64,000 bases of DNA from Candidatus Limnocylindrales bacterium (GCA_035632635.1 DASQGL010000068.1:10895-74894), one strand, 5' to 3'; shown: positions 19,891-29,373, counted from the stretch's first letter. Numbers and translations are program-made. Notes: generated by a model not told the origin, from the letters alone.

Positions 19891-20235
19891 ATGTCGGTCA
19901 AGATTCGGCTGCGACGGATAGGCGCGAAGAAACATCCCTATTACCGGCTGGTGGTGGCGGACACGCGATCGCCCAGGGACGGCAAATTCATCGAGATCCT
20001 CGGCACCTACGATCCGATGACCGAACCGGTCAAGCTTTCGATCGATCAGGACAAGGTGAAGGCGTGGCTGCAGAAAGGGGCGCGTCCGTCCGACACCGCC
20101 CGCGCATTCCTGATCAAGCAGGGACTGCTGCCCAAGGAGTCGGCGCGCAAGCGTCCGACGAAACCGCCGAAGGCGGCCGCCTCCACCCCGGCGACCACCG
20201 CGCCCGAGGGGACGGCAAAGGTGGAGGGCGCCTGA
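19891..20235 (+). CDS. rpsP: 30S ribosomal protein S16
   Basis: MSVKIRLRRIGAKKHPYYRLVVAD. GGAGGG SD upstream. Confidence 0.95.
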   Translation: MSVKIRLRRIGAKKHPYYRLVVADTRSPRDGKFIEILGTYDPMTEPVKLSIDQDKVKAWLQKGARPSDTARAFLIKQGLLPKESARKRPTKPPKAAASTPATTAPEGTAKVEGA

Positions 20236-20472
20236 GTGTACGACTACACCGAGCTCGTCAGCTTCATCGTCAAGTCGATCGTGTCGAAACCGGATGACGT
20301 CAAGGTCACGCTCGTCGAGGGCGATCGCACGAACCGCGTCGAAGTGGCGCTCGCGCCCGAGGACGTCGGGAAGGTGATCGGCCGGGGTGGTCGCAACATC
20401 GACGCCATCCGATCGGTTATCCGGGCGGCGGCGCTCAAGAACCACGACCGGGTCATGGTCGAGATCGTGTGA
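20236..20472 (+). CDS. KH-domain RNA-binding protein (YlqC-like)
   Basis: 78 aa with the KH motif VIGRGGRNI. Conserved slot between rpsP and rimM. Confidence 0.8.
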   Translation: MYDYTELVSFIVKSIVSKPDDVKVTLVEGDRTNRVEVALAPEDVGKVIGRGGRNIDAIRSVIRAAALKNHDRVMVEIV

Positions 20473-20975
20473 CGTCACAGCCGGCGGAGCCGGCGCTGCG
20501 AGTCGGGCGCGTGCTCAAGGTGCACGGGCTGGACGGCGCGGTTCGAGTGGAATCGCTGACCGATTTCCCGGACCGGTTCCGCAAGGGGGCCCAGCTGGAC
20601 GCCGCCGGACGCCGGCTCACGATCGCGGCGGCCGTGCCCGGGGACGGGGTCCTGATCGTCCGCTTTGCCGAGATCGCCGACCGCACCGCCGCGAGTGCCC
20701 TGCAGGGTGCCTACCTGACCGTGCCGCTGGAGGACGCGCGCACGCTCCCGGCCGATCGTTTCTATCACTTCCAGCTGGTCGGGCTCCAGGTCGTCAAGGC
20801 CCAGACCGGAGAGCCGCTCGGTCGGGTCGCGGAAGTGCTCGAGTATCCCGCCAATGACGTGCTGCGCGTGACCGCGGGCGCGGCTGAGGTCCTGGTGCCG
20901 ATGGTACGGGGGATCGTCCAGTCGATCGATCTCGAGCGCGGGCGGATCGTGGTCGATCTCCTCGAGGAAGAATAG
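20469..20975 (+). CDS. rimM: 16S rRNA processing protein RimM
   Basis: GTG start overlaps the KH-protein stop. [18 protein letters not shown]-barrel pattern. Confidence 0.9.
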   Translation: MTSQPAEPALRVGRVLKVHGLDGAVRVESLTDFPDRFRKGAQLDAAGRRLTIAAAVPGDGVLIVRFAEIADRTAASALQGAYLTVPLEDARTLPADRFYHFQLVGLQVVKAQTGEPLGRVAEVLEYPANDVLRVTAGAAEVLVPMVRGIVQSIDLERGRIVVDLLEEE

Positions 20976-21649
20976 TGCAGTTCGAGGTTCTGACCCTGTT
21001 CCCCGAGCTGTTCCCCGGCCCGCTGGCCCATGGGGTGACCGGGCGGGCCCTGACCTCGGGACGGGTCGGGCTCGAGGTGCACAACCTGCGCGACTACGCC
21101 CACAACCGTCATCGCCAGGTCGATGACGTCCCGTACGGGGGCGGGGCGGGAATGGTGCTCAAGCCGGAGCCGATCTTCGAAGCGGTCCGGGCGCGCCGGG
21201 GATCCGGTCCGGTGATCCTGCTCAGTCCCGCCGGTGAGGTCTTCACCCAGCGGCTGGCCCAGGAGCTCGCCGCCCAGCCCGACTGCTACCTGATCTGCGG
21301 CCGGTACGAAGGCGTGGATGCCCGGGTGGCCGACCACCTGGTCGACCGTGAGATCTCGATCGGCGACTACGTCCTGACCGGAGGCGAGCTGGCGGCGCTG
21401 GTCGTGATCGACGCGGTCAGCCGGCTGCTCGAAGGCGTCCTTCACGGCGTCGATTCCCCTGCCGACGAATCGTTCGCCCAGCCTCTGCTGGAATACCCGC
21501 ACTACACGCGTCCCCCGTCCTTCGAGGGCCTCAGGGTCCCCGAGGTGTTGCTCTCCGGCCATCACGCGGAGATCGCGCGCTGGCGGCGGGCGCAGGCCGA
21601 GGAACGCACCCGCCGCCGCCGCCCGGATCTGCTCGGCCGGCCGGAGTAG
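20975..21649 (+). CDS. trmD: tRNA (guanine37-N1)-methyltransferase
   Basis: [13 protein letters not shown]... and GGGAGMV motifs. 1-nt overlap with rimM. Confidence 0.95.
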   Translation: MQFEVLTLFPELFPGPLAHGVTGRALTSGRVGLEVHNLRDYAHNRHRQVDDVPYGGGAGMVLKPEPIFEAVRARRGSGPVILLSPAGEVFTQRLAQELAAQPDCYLICGRYEGVDARVADHLVDREISIGDYVLTGGELAALVVIDAVSRLLEGVLHGVDSPADESFAQPLLEYPHYTRPPSFEGLRVPEVLLSGHHAEIARWRRAQAEERTRRRRPDLLGRPE

Positions 21650-21669
21650 GTCTGGTATCCTAAGCAGCC

Positions 21670-22083
21670 GTGTCGAACCTGATCGATCTCCTGAACAAGG
21701 AGACGGAGCGCGAGAAGCTCCCCAGCCTGACCCCCGGTGACACCGTCAAGGTGCACGCCCGCGTCGTCGAGGGCAACCGCGAGCGGGTCCAGATCTTCGA
21801 GGGGGTCGTGATCGGCTGCCGGGGCGCCGGCGCCAAGCAGACGTTCACGGTGCGCCGCATCGCACACGGCGTCGGCGTCGAACGGAGCTTCCTCCTGCAC
21901 TCACCCCGGATCGACCGGATCGACGTCGTCCGTCACGGCAAGGTCCGCAGGGCCAAGCTGTACTACCTTCGGGGCAAGGTGGGACGGGGAGCCCGTATCC
22001 AGGAGAAACGCCAGGCCATTGCACAGAGCGGCGCTGCCAGCCGAGAAGCCGAAACCGAAACGCCCGAAGCCTCGGAAAGCTGA
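21670..22083 (+). CDS. rplS: 50S ribosomal protein L19
   Basis: GTG start. FRPGDTVKV-like N-terminus and the RRAKLYYLR motif. Confidence 0.9.
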   Translation: MSNLIDLLNKETEREKLPSLTPGDTVKVHARVVEGNRERVQIFEGVVIGCRGAGAKQTFTVRRIAHGVGVERSFLLHSPRIDRIDVVRHGKVRRAKLYYLRGKVGRGARIQEKRQAIAQSGAASREAETETPEASES

Positions 22084-22735
22084 CCGCGACCTCTGGGTCT
22101 TCGAGCGGCAGGCTTTCAGCCTCGGCTATGCCGCGGTTGCCGGCGTCGACGAGGCCGGACGCGGACCATGGGCCGGCCCGGTGGTGGCGGCGGCCACCAT
22201 CATGCGGCCCTACTTCCAGTGCGAGGGCATCGATGACTCCAAGCTGCTGACCGCGGAGGAGCGCGATCACTATTACGGACGCATCCTGGAGGGCGCGGAA
22301 GCCTGGGGCGTCGGCATCGTGGAGGTGGACGAGATCGATCGGGTCGGCGTCGCCCGCGCCAACCGGTGGGCGATGGCCCTGGCCGTGCAGCGGCTCGGAC
22401 GCCGCATCGACTATCTCCTGGTCGACGGGTTCCTGCTTCCTGAGGCGATCGTCCCCCAGCTGCCGATCGTCAAGGGTGACCGGCGCTCGATTTCGATCAT
22501 GGCCGGCGGGATCCTGGCCAAGGTGACGCGCGACCGGCTGATGATTCGCCTCGCGCAGCAGTTTCCCGGGTACGGCTTCGAGCATCACAAGGGCTATCCG
22601 GCGCCGGAGCACCTCGCGGCCATGGACCGGCACGGCTTGACCCCGATCCACCGGCGCTCCTTCGTCTCCATTCGCACCCGGGCCGCCCTCGAGGCCGAGG
22701 CCTATGCCGAAAGACGGGCGGGCGCTTGGCGTTAG
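22019..22735 (+). CDS. rnhB: Ribonuclease HII. Start uncertain: 22019 overlaps rplS by 65 nt, and there is no canonical start between the rplS stop and the conserved core.
   Basis: [20 protein letters not shown] catalytic motif. Confidence 0.85.
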   Translation: MHRAALPAEKPKPKRPKPRKADRDLWVFERQAFSLGYAAVAGVDEAGRGPWAGPVVAAATIMRPYFQCEGIDDSKLLTAEERDHYYGRILEGAEAWGVGIVEVDEIDRVGVARANRWAMALAVQRLGRRIDYLLVDGFLLPEAIVPQLPIVKGDRRSISIMAGGILAKVTRDRLMIRLAQQFPGYGFEHHKGYPAPEHLAAMDRHGLTPIHRRSFVSIRTRAALEAEAYAERRAGAWR

Positions 22736-23066
22736 CGGCGAGGCCCTCGCCGCGGAACATCTGCGCGGTCTGGGCTATCGCATCCTCGGGACCGACGTGC
22801 GCACGCCGCTCGGGCAGCTCGACCTGATCGCCCAGGACGGGGACACCCTGGTCTTCGTCGAGGTCAAGGCTCGGGGCGGCGTGGCCTTTGGCCTTCCGCA
22901 GGAGGGTGTCGGCGCCCACAAGATTCGGAAGCTCCAGCAGCTGGCCCGCTACGTCCTCCAGCGACACCCGCACCCGGGTCCGGTGCGCTTCGACGTCATC
23001 GGGCTCGTCGTCAGGGGCGGGCGCGTCCTGCGCCTGGACCACATCAAGAACGCGATCGACAGCTGA
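22704..23066 (+). CDS. yraN: YraN/UPF0102 family endonuclease
   Basis: 120 aa with GEIDLIA-like (GQLDLIA) and FVEVK motifs. Confidence 0.8.
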   Translation: MPKDGRALGVSGEALAAEHLRGLGYRILGTDVRTPLGQLDLIAQDGDTLVFVEVKARGGVAFGLPQEGVGAHKIRKLQQLARYVLQRHPHPGPVRFDVIGLVVRGGRVLRLDHIKNAIDS

Positions 23067-23072
23067 CTGGCG

Positions 23073-23672
23073 CTAAGGATCCGTGCGCCAGAGCGCGAGG
23101 AGCTGGTGGAGGATCCACCCGGTCAGGCCCCAGATGACGTCGTCGCCCACCGTGTAGTAGTGGATCCGATGGCTGCGACCCTGCCAGGTGCGCAGCTGCT
23201 CGTGGTGCAGGCCGGGGTCCAGGAGCACGTCGACCGGCGCGAGGAAGACGCTCTTGACCTCGGTGGGGGCGGGACGGAGGTCGTCCGCCGATCCGTCGAC
23301 GTGCCCGACGTAGGGACTGACGACGAAGCCGCTGACCGCGGAAAACGCGTCGTCGAGCTCACCGATGACGTCGACGCGACCGGGATGGAGGCCGATCTCC
23401 TCGGCGGCCTCGCGCAGGGCGGTCTGAAGCAGCGTGTCGTCCCCCGGCTCGTGCTGGCCGCCCGGAAAGGAGATCTGGCCCTTGTGGGTGAGCACCGTCT
23501 CGGTCCGCCTGGTGAAGAGGATGTGCGGGCGGTCCTTTACGCTGAAGATCGGGACGAGCACCCCCGCGCGCAGCAGGGGCGGTGCCGCCTCCAGCTTCTC
23601 GGTCACGCGACCGCTGAGGACCCGCCGCAGGCGATCGACGCCGTGCTGGGTACCGGCCAGGTTCAGGTCCAC
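23073..23672 (-). CDS. NUDIX hydrolase (CoA pyrophosphatase type)
   Basis: Nudix box FPGGQHEPGDDTLLQTALREAAEEIGL. The listed ORF runs to 23813, but the extra N-terminus is R/A/G-rich low complexity. GTG at 23672 gives a typical ~200-aa protein. Confidence 0.75.
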   Translation of the reverse strand: MDLNLAGTQHGVDRLRRVLSGRVTEKLEAAPPLLRAGVLVPIFSVKDRPHILFTRRTETVLTHKGQISFPGGQHEPGDDTLLQTALREAAEEIGLHPGRVDVIGELDDAFSAVSGFVVSPYVGHVDGSADDLRPAPTEVKSVFLAPVDVLLDPGLHHEQLRTWQGRSHRIHYYTVGDDVIWGLTGWILHQLLALWRTDP

Positions 23673-23848
23673 GACTCGAACGAGATCGGGATGGTGTGCC
23701 CGCAGCGCGTGCAGACCCAGCCCTGCCCGCGCCGGAGGATCATCCGGCCGTCTTTCAGGCGCACCTGCTGATCGGGACCCCGAAGCCGCTCCCAGGCGGG
23801 CATGTGCTTGCACTGATCGCAGGTCACCGGGGGAGGATTCACGCGCAT
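23663..23848 (-). CDS. Small zinc-ribbon protein (CxxC-x28-CxxC)
   Basis: 61 aa, MRVNPPPVTCDQCKHM...WVCTRCGHTI. GATAAT 5 nt upstream of the ATG on the minus strand. It overlaps the over-extended NUDIX ORF in another frame. Confidence 0.45.
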   Translation of the reverse strand: MRVNPPPVTCDQCKHMPAWERLRGPDQQVRLKDGRMILRRGQGWVCTRCGHTIPISFESWT

Positions 23849-23855
23849 GCTCGGA

Positions 23856-24431
23856 TTATCCCCGTTCGGCCCGATCCGAATCGGGGTCCGCGTCGAGCCG
23901 GCGGAGCACCCGGGCCGGATTGCCGGCCGCGATCACGTCGGGCGGCACGTCCTCGAAGACGGCGGCATGGATGCCGATCACCGCGTTGCGCCCGATCCGC
24001 ACGCCCGGCGCGATCACCACCTGTCCGCCGATCCAGGCGCCGTCCTCGATGATGGTCGGCTTGGGCGGCGCGAAATCGCCGTCCGCCGCCCCCTGGACGG
24101 AGACGTCGTCGTGGTCGCGGACCTCGCAGGAGCCGAGCACGCAGTCGGCGCCGACCTCGATCCGCCCTGCCGCGATCAGGGTGCAGCCGTTCATCCGGGT
24201 GCGTGCCCCGATGCGGATCACCGCCTCCTTGCGCGTGGTGACCAGCCGGTTGACCTCGGCGTGCGACCACGCGTTCACGTCGCCCCCCAGCTCGACCCGG
24301 CCCGGACCACTGATCCTGAGCCGGCCGTTGCCCAGCAGCCCCGGGCCCAGCGCCACCCGGCGGCCGGGTCGCCGGTAGGGGAGGGTGGTCAGCCATCCGA
24401 GCACGCGGGCGGCGTCGCGGCGACCTATCAT
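23856..24431 (-). CDS. Hexapeptide-repeat (LbH) acetyltransferase, maltose/galactoside O-acetyltransferase-like
   Basis: Hexapeptide repeats (IGARTRMNGCTLIAAGRIEVGADCVLG...IGGQVVIAPGVRIGRNAVIG). ATG at 24431 (MIGRR...). The longer listed ORF over-extends into the divergent promoter. Confidence 0.75.
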   Translation of the reverse strand: MIGRRDAARVLGWLTTLPYRRPGRRVALGPGLLGNGRLRISGPGRVELGGDVNAWSHAEVNRLVTTRKEAVIRIGARTRMNGCTLIAAGRIEVGADCVLGSCEVRDHDDVSVQGAADGDFAPPKPTIIEDGAWIGGQVVIAPGVRIGRNAVIGIHAAVFEDVPPDVIAAGNPARVLRRLDADPDSDRAERG

Positions 24432-24464
24432 TGTCTTCGCATATATACGAAATCGTGTATCATC

Positions 24465-25982
24465 GTGGGCGAGGTGCTGGGACGGGCGCTGACCGGGACG
24501 GTCAACGGTCTGGAGGGGGTCCGGATCGATGTCGAGGCGGACATCGCCCAGGGGCTGCCCGGGTTCCACATCGTGGGACTGGCCGATCGCGCGCTCCAGG
24601 AGGCCCGGGAGCGGGTCAAGATCGCGATGAACAACAGCGAGATCGAGTTTCCGGCCCTCAAGGTCACGGTCAACCTGGCCCCCGCCCAGCTACCCAAGGA
24701 GGGAAGCGGCTTCGACCTGGCGATCGCGGTCGCGATCATGAGCGCGAAGCTCGGGTGCCCGCTGCCGGTCGGGGCGGCGTGGCTGGGCGAGCTCGCGCTC
24801 AACGGTGAGGTGCGAAGCGTCCGGGGCGTGCTCGCCATTATCGGGCACCTGGCCCGGGCCGGGGCCCGCCGCTTCTACGTCCCGGCCGCCAACCTGATCG
24901 AAGCGCGCCTGGCCACGATCTTCCCCGTCCACCCGGTGCGGGACCTCCGGCAGGTCAAACGGCATCTCGTGGAGGGGACGCCGCTGCTCGAGCCCGACCC
25001 GGCCTCGGCCGAGACGACGCCCCCAGGCACCGACACCGTCGACCTGGCGGAGGTTCGCGGCCAGGCGCTCGCCAAGCGGGCGCTCGAAGTCGCGGCGGCC
25101 GGAGCGCATCATCTTTTAATGGTGGGGCCGCCGGGCGCCGGCAAGACCCTGCTGGCACGCACCGTGCCGGGGATCATGCCACCGCTCAGCCCGGCGGAGG
25201 CGCTCGAGGTGACCACGATCGCCTCCTGCGTCGGGCTGCTCCCTCCGGGAGGCGGGTTGCGCACCGAGCCCCCGTTCCGCTCGCCGCACCACACGATTTC
25301 GACCGCCGCCTTGATCGGCGGCGGGCCGATGTGGCCGCGGCCCGGCGAAGTCACGAGGGCGCATCGGGGGGTTCTCTTCCTGGACGAAATCAATGAGTTC
25401 CGGCGGGATGCTCTCGAGGGCTTGCGCCAACCGCTCGAAGAGGGCCGGCTCGTCCTCGGTCGGACGCGAGGGCACAGCACGCTCCCGGGTCGGTTCCTGC
25501 TCATCGCCGCCGCCAATCCATGCCCCTGCGGCTTCGCCGGAGATCCCCGGCGCCCGTGCGAATGCACGCCGCCGCTTCGCCAGCGATATCGGGCGCGCCT
25601 GTCCGGCCCGATCCGCGACCGGATCGACTTGCAGGTGCTCGTTCCCCGGCCCGCCTCGGCCGACCTGCTGCGGCAGGGCGAGCCCGGCGAGGAGAGCGCG
25701 CTGGTGCGCGACCGGGTGCGCGCGGCGCGAGCCCGCCAGGCGGCGCGACGGCCGGACGGTCCGCTGAACGGGGCGCTCTCCGGCGTGCAGCTGCGGCGCG
25801 ACGCCCGCCTCGACGAGGCGGGAATCGTCCTGCTCGAGCGGGCGGCCGAGCGTCTCCACCTGAGCGGGCGGGCGGTTCACCGCGTGGTCCGCGTCGCGCG
25901 GACGATCGCGGATCTGGCCGCCGTCGACGAGATTCGGGCCGTGGACGTCGCGGAGGCTCTCCAATTTCGCGAGACCGGCTGA
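24465..25982 (+). CDS. comM: Mg-chelatase-like AAA+ protein ComM/YifB
   Basis: N-terminal Lon-like domain, Walker A (GPPGAGKT), and a C-terminal EALQFRE motif. GTG at 24465; the upstream part of the listed ORF is an antisense artefact. Confidence 0.85.
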   Translation: MGEVLGRALTGTVNGLEGVRIDVEADIAQGLPGFHIVGLADRALQEARERVKIAMNNSEIEFPALKVTVNLAPAQLPKEGSGFDLAIAVAIMSAKLGCPLPVGAAWLGELALNGEVRSVRGVLAIIGHLARAGARRFYVPAANLIEARLATIFPVHPVRDLRQVKRHLVEGTPLLEPDPASAETTPPGTDTVDLAEVRGQALAKRALEVAAAGAHHLLMVGPPGAGKTLLARTVPGIMPPLSPAEALEVTTIASCVGLLPPGGGLRTEPPFRSPHHTISTAALIGGGPMWPRPGEVTRAHRGVLFLDEINEFRRDALEGLRQPLEEGRLVLGRTRGHSTLPGRFLLIAAANPCPCGFAGDPRRPCECTPPLRQRYRARLSGPIRDRIDLQVLVPRPASADLLRQGEPGEESALVRDRVRAARARQAARRPDGPLNGALSGVQLRRDARLDEAGIVLLERAAERLHLSGRAVHRVVRVARTIADLAAVDEIRAVDVAEALQFRETG

Positions 25983-26848
25983 TCCTCGACCGCGGCCAGC
26001 CCGGCTATCCGGAGCTGCTCGCGGAGATCCCCGACCCGCCCGACCGGCTGTACCTGCGGGGCGTGATGCCGGCCGGGGTCATGATCGCGATCGTCGGCTC
26101 GCGCCGGGCGACTCCGTACGGGCTTCGGGTTGCACAGACGCTCGCCCGCGACTTCGTTCGGGCGGGCGCCGTCGTCGTCAGCGGCCTGGCCCGGGGCATC
26201 GATGCGGCCGCCCACGAGGGCGCGATCGAGGGGGGCGGCAAGACCGTGGCGGTGCTCGCCACCGGACTCGACCCCGTGTATCCGCCCGAGCACACCGCGC
26301 TCGCCGACCGGGTGGCGCGCCACGGCGCGCTGCTGAGCGAGGTGCCCGATGGGACCGTGCCCTTGCCGGGCCGGTTCCCCATCCGCAACCGGATCATCAG
26401 CGGGCTCAGCCGTGGACTCGTGATCGTGGAGGCAGCCGCACGCAGCGGTGCGTTGATCACGGCCCGCATGGCGCTCGAGCAGGGGCGCGAAGTCTTCGCG
26501 GTGCCCGGCAGCATCGAGAATCCGATGACGGCCGGAACCCATGCGCTGATTCAGGATGGCGCGGCGCTCGTGCAGAGCGCGGAGGACGTGCTGCGCGTCA
26601 TGGGTGAGCTTCCCCTCGTGCACGCGCACACTCGCGCGCGCGTACGCGCGAGCGCGGGGCCCCGGGAGCCCGAATTGGCCGCCGTTTGGGAGTTGCTCGA
26701 CTGGGTAGAACCCCGCCATCATGATGAATTGGCGGCTTTGCTCGGACTCCCGGTGCAAGAAGTGAGTCGCCGCTTGACTTTGCTGGAGATGGGCAACTAT
26801 ATAATCGGCGACTGCGGTGCCGTGACTCGCCGCCCACACATGAGCTGA
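25964..26848 (+). CDS. dprA: DNA processing protein DprA/Smf (Rossmann + C-terminal winged helix; no N-terminal SAM domain)
   Basis: GYPELLAEIPDPPDRLYLRG and IAIVGSRRATPYG motifs. The conserved region begins before the first canonical start (GTG 26063 / ATG 26066). A candidate ATT at 25964 has a GGAGG SD 7 nt upstream. Confidence 0.8.
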   Translation: MSRDRLILDRGQPGYPELLAEIPDPPDRLYLRGVMPAGVMIAIVGSRRATPYGLRVAQTLARDFVRAGAVVVSGLARGIDAAAHEGAIEGGGKTVAVLATGLDPVYPPEHTALADRVARHGALLSEVPDGTVPLPGRFPIRNRIISGLSRGLVIVEAAARSGALITARMALEQGREVFAVPGSIENPMTAGTHALIQDGAALVQSAEDVLRVMGELPLVHAHTRARVRASAGPREPELAAVWELLDWVEPRHHDELAALLGLPVQEVSRRLTLLEMGNYIIGDCGAVTRRPHMS

Positions 26849-26852
26849 ATCC

Positions 26853-29189
26853 ATGGCGAACTCTCTGATCATCGTTGAATCCCCGGCCAAGGCAAAGACG
26901 CTTGGCAAGTTCCTGGGGCGCGAATACGAGATCCGCGCCTCCATGGGCCACGTTCGCGATCTCCCCAAGAGCAAACTCGGGATTGACGTCGATCATGGTT
27001 TCGCGCCCGAATACGTGACGATCCCCGGGAAAGAGGCGACCATCAAGGATCTCAAGGCGGCAGCCCGGAAGGCGTCGACCATCTTGCTGGCCTCCGATCC
27101 CGATCGCGAGGGTGAGGCGATCGCCTGGCATCTCGCCAGCGTGCTCCAGCTGGCGGAGCCGAGGCGAATCGAGCTCCACGAGATCACTCCCAATGCGGTG
27201 GAACGGGCGCTCAAGGAGCCGCGCCCGATGAACCAGGACCTGGTGGATGCGCAGCAGGCACGACGGGTGATCGATCGCCTCGTCGGATACAAGCTGAGCC
27301 CGATGCTCTGGAAGAAGGTCCGCAAGGGTCTGAGCGCCGGCCGCGTGCAATCCGTCGCGGTCCGCCTCGTCTGTGAGCGTGAGGCCGAGATCGACCGCTT
27401 CCAGCCGGTGGAGTCGTGGACGCTCGATGCCATGCTTTCGAAACACGGGCAGAGCCGCATCTTCCCGGCACGCCTGTATGGGCTGCGAGCCGGGGGCGAG
27501 AAGCTCGAGGTCAAAGACGAGCCCCAGGCGCGCACGATCATGGCCCAGCTCGAGGGCGCCACCTACCAGGTGTTGAGCGTCGAAACCAAGGACAGCGTTC
27601 GCAACAGCCTTCCGCCGTACCGCACCAGCACGTTGCAGCAAGATGCCTCGACCCGGCTCCGCATGAAGCCCGGGCGCACCATGCGGGTGGCGCAGGATCT
27701 GTATGAGGGCGTCGATCTCGGGGCTCAGGGGCCGGTCGGGCTGATCACCTACATGCGCACGGATTCCTTCCGTATCTCGGACGAGGCCGCATCCGCGGCA
27801 CGGGGATTCATCCAGGAGCAGTACGGCCCCACCTACGTGCGGCGCGAGAAACCCGACTGGAAGGCCAAGGGATCGGTGCAGGACGCGCACGAGGCGATCC
27901 GTCCGACCGACGTCCAGCGAACGCCGGACAGTGTCAAGAACTTCCTCGCGCCCGACCAGTTGAGGCTGTACCGGCTGATCTGGCAACGATTCCTCGCCAG
28001 CCAGATGTCAGCGGCGCGCTTCGCCCAGACCCGGGCCGACATCGGTGCTGGCGACTACGTGTTCCGAGCCAGCGGATCGGTGCTCGTCTTCGACGGCTTT
28101 TACGCCGTGTGGGAGCGCGACCAGGACAACGACGAGGAGAAGGAACTGCCCCCGCTGACGGCCGAGGAGCTGCTGGCCCTGCACGAGCTGAAGCCGGAGC
28201 AGCACTTCACGCAGCCGCCGCCCCGCTATTCGGAGGCGTCGCTGATCAAGGCGCTGGAGGAGCTCGGCATCGGCCGGCCCAGCACGTACGCGCCGACGGT
28301 CGACGTGATCCAGGCGCGGCACTACGTCCAGCAGATCGAGCGCCGGCTTCGCCCGACCGAGCTGGGGAAGACCGTCAACGCCTGGCTGATCGAGCACTTC
28401 CCCGACATCGTCGACGTGTCCTTCACCGCCGAGATGGAGGAGGAGCTGGACGACGTCGAGGAGGGCCGGCGGGAGTGGGTCCCGATCGTGCGCGAGTTCT
28501 ACCGGCCGTTCGAGCAGACCCTCGCGAAGGCCGAGTCCAGCGAGAAGGTCAGGGTTCCCCTGCGGGAGACCGGCGAGGACTGTCCCAAGTGCAAGCAGGA
28601 GGGGCGGACCGGACGGCTCGTCTACCGGATGAGCCGGATCGGCGAATTCGTCGGCTGCAATCTGTGGCCGGAGTGCGACTACATCCAGGGCAAGGACGGC
28701 CAGGACAAGAGCGCGGCGCCGACGCCGACCGGCGAGATGTGCCCGACCTGCGGCAAGCCGCTGGTCAATCGGACCGGTCGTCGCGGGCCGTTCGTCGCCT
28801 GCTCCGGATATCCGAAGTGCAAGTACGTGAAGCGCGAGATCCAGCCCGCGGACGTGGTGGAAGGCCGGGTCTGCCCGAAGTGCGGCAAGACGCTGCTCAA
28901 CCGCACCGGCCGCTTCGGGAAGTTCGTCGGGTGCTCCGGCTATCCGGAGTGCCGCTACCTGGAGCCGGGCGCCAAGACGGCGGTAGCGCCGCCTGATCCG
29001 AGCACCTTCCTCAAAGACGACCCCTGTCCGCGATGCGGGAAACCGCAGGTCATGCGCCAGGGTCGCTACGGCGATTTCAAGAGCTGCTCCGACTACCCGA
29101 ACTGCAAGCCGGAGCGGAAGGGGCGCGCCGCCGGCGCCTCCACCCCGCGACCGCGGCGGACGCGCAAGCCGCCGCTGCCCGCCGCGTAG
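26853..29189 (+). CDS. topA: DNA topoisomerase I with multiple C-terminal zinc ribbons
   Basis: TOPRIM N-terminus (LIIVESPAKAKT), and four C4 zinc ribbons (CPKCK..., CPTCGK..., CPKCGK..., CPRCGK...). Confidence 0.95.
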   Translation: MANSLIIVESPAKAKTLGKFLGREYEIRASMGHVRDLPKSKLGIDVDHGFAPEYVTIPGKEATIKDLKAAARKASTILLASDPDREGEAIAWHLASVLQLAEPRRIELHEITPNAVERALKEPRPMNQDLVDAQQARRVIDRLVGYKLSPMLWKKVRKGLSAGRVQSVAVRLVCEREAEIDRFQPVESWTLDAMLSKHGQSRIFPARLYGLRAGGEKLEVKDEPQARTIMAQLEGATYQVLSVETKDSVRNSLPPYRTSTLQQDASTRLRMKPGRTMRVAQDLYEGVDLGAQGPVGLITYMRTDSFRISDEAASAARGFIQEQYGPTYVRREKPDWKAKGSVQDAHEAIRPTDVQRTPDSVKNFLAPDQLRLYRLIWQRFLASQMSAARFAQTRADIGAGDYVFRASGSVLVFDGFYAVWERDQDNDEEKELPPLTAEELLALHELKPEQHFTQPPPRYSEASLIKALEELGIGRPSTYAPTVDVIQARHYVQQIERRLRPTELGKTVNAWLIEHFPDIVDVSFTAEMEEELDDVEEGRREWVPIVREFYRPFEQTLAKAESSEKVRVPLRETGEDCPKCKQEGRTGRLVYRMSRIGEFVGCNLWPECDYIQGKDGQDKSAAPTPTGEMCPTCGKPLVNRTGRRGPFVACSGYPKCKYVKREIQPADVVEGRVCPKCGKTLLNRTGRFGKFVGCSGYPECRYLEPGAKTAVAPPDPSTFLKDDPCPRCGKPQVMRQGRYGDFKSCSDYPNCKPERKGRAAGASTPRPRRTRKPPLPAA

Positions 29190-29220
29190 GCGGGCGCCGG
29201 TTTCCCCAGCCCGTCCCCGA

Positions 29221-29248
29221 TTGAGGGCGGCAGGGGGTGGGGTATACT
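29221..29248 (+). promoter_or_regulatory. Candidate sigma-A promoter for the rpsB-tsf-pyrH-frr operon (TTGAGG – 16 nt – TATACT)
   Basis: The best -35/-10 pair in the window, inside a 184-nt intergenic region, leaving a ~118-nt 5' UTR (possible S2 autoregulatory leader). Confidence 0.5.
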
Positions 29249-29373
29249 ACCGGTCGCCAAATACGCACGTCTCCTGACGGCCTGACGGGGTGCCTGCGCG
29301 CCGGGTAAGCGCCAGGTCCGCCGGCCGGATGACGGAGGCGGAAGCAAAACCATTCAGGAGGTTGTTACCCGCG

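Noticed and set aside
23672-23813. Long N-terminal extension of the NUDIX ORF (start at 23813)
   Set aside because: The extension is low-complexity R/A/G-rich. A better-supported zinc-ribbon ORF with its own -10 occupies this DNA in another frame, and the GTG at 23672 gives a canonical-length Nudix protein.
23847-24465. N-terminal 200 codons of the listed 711-aa ORF upstream of comM
   Set aside because: Antisense to the hexapeptide acetyltransferase and not ComM-like. ComM similarity begins at the GTG at 24465.
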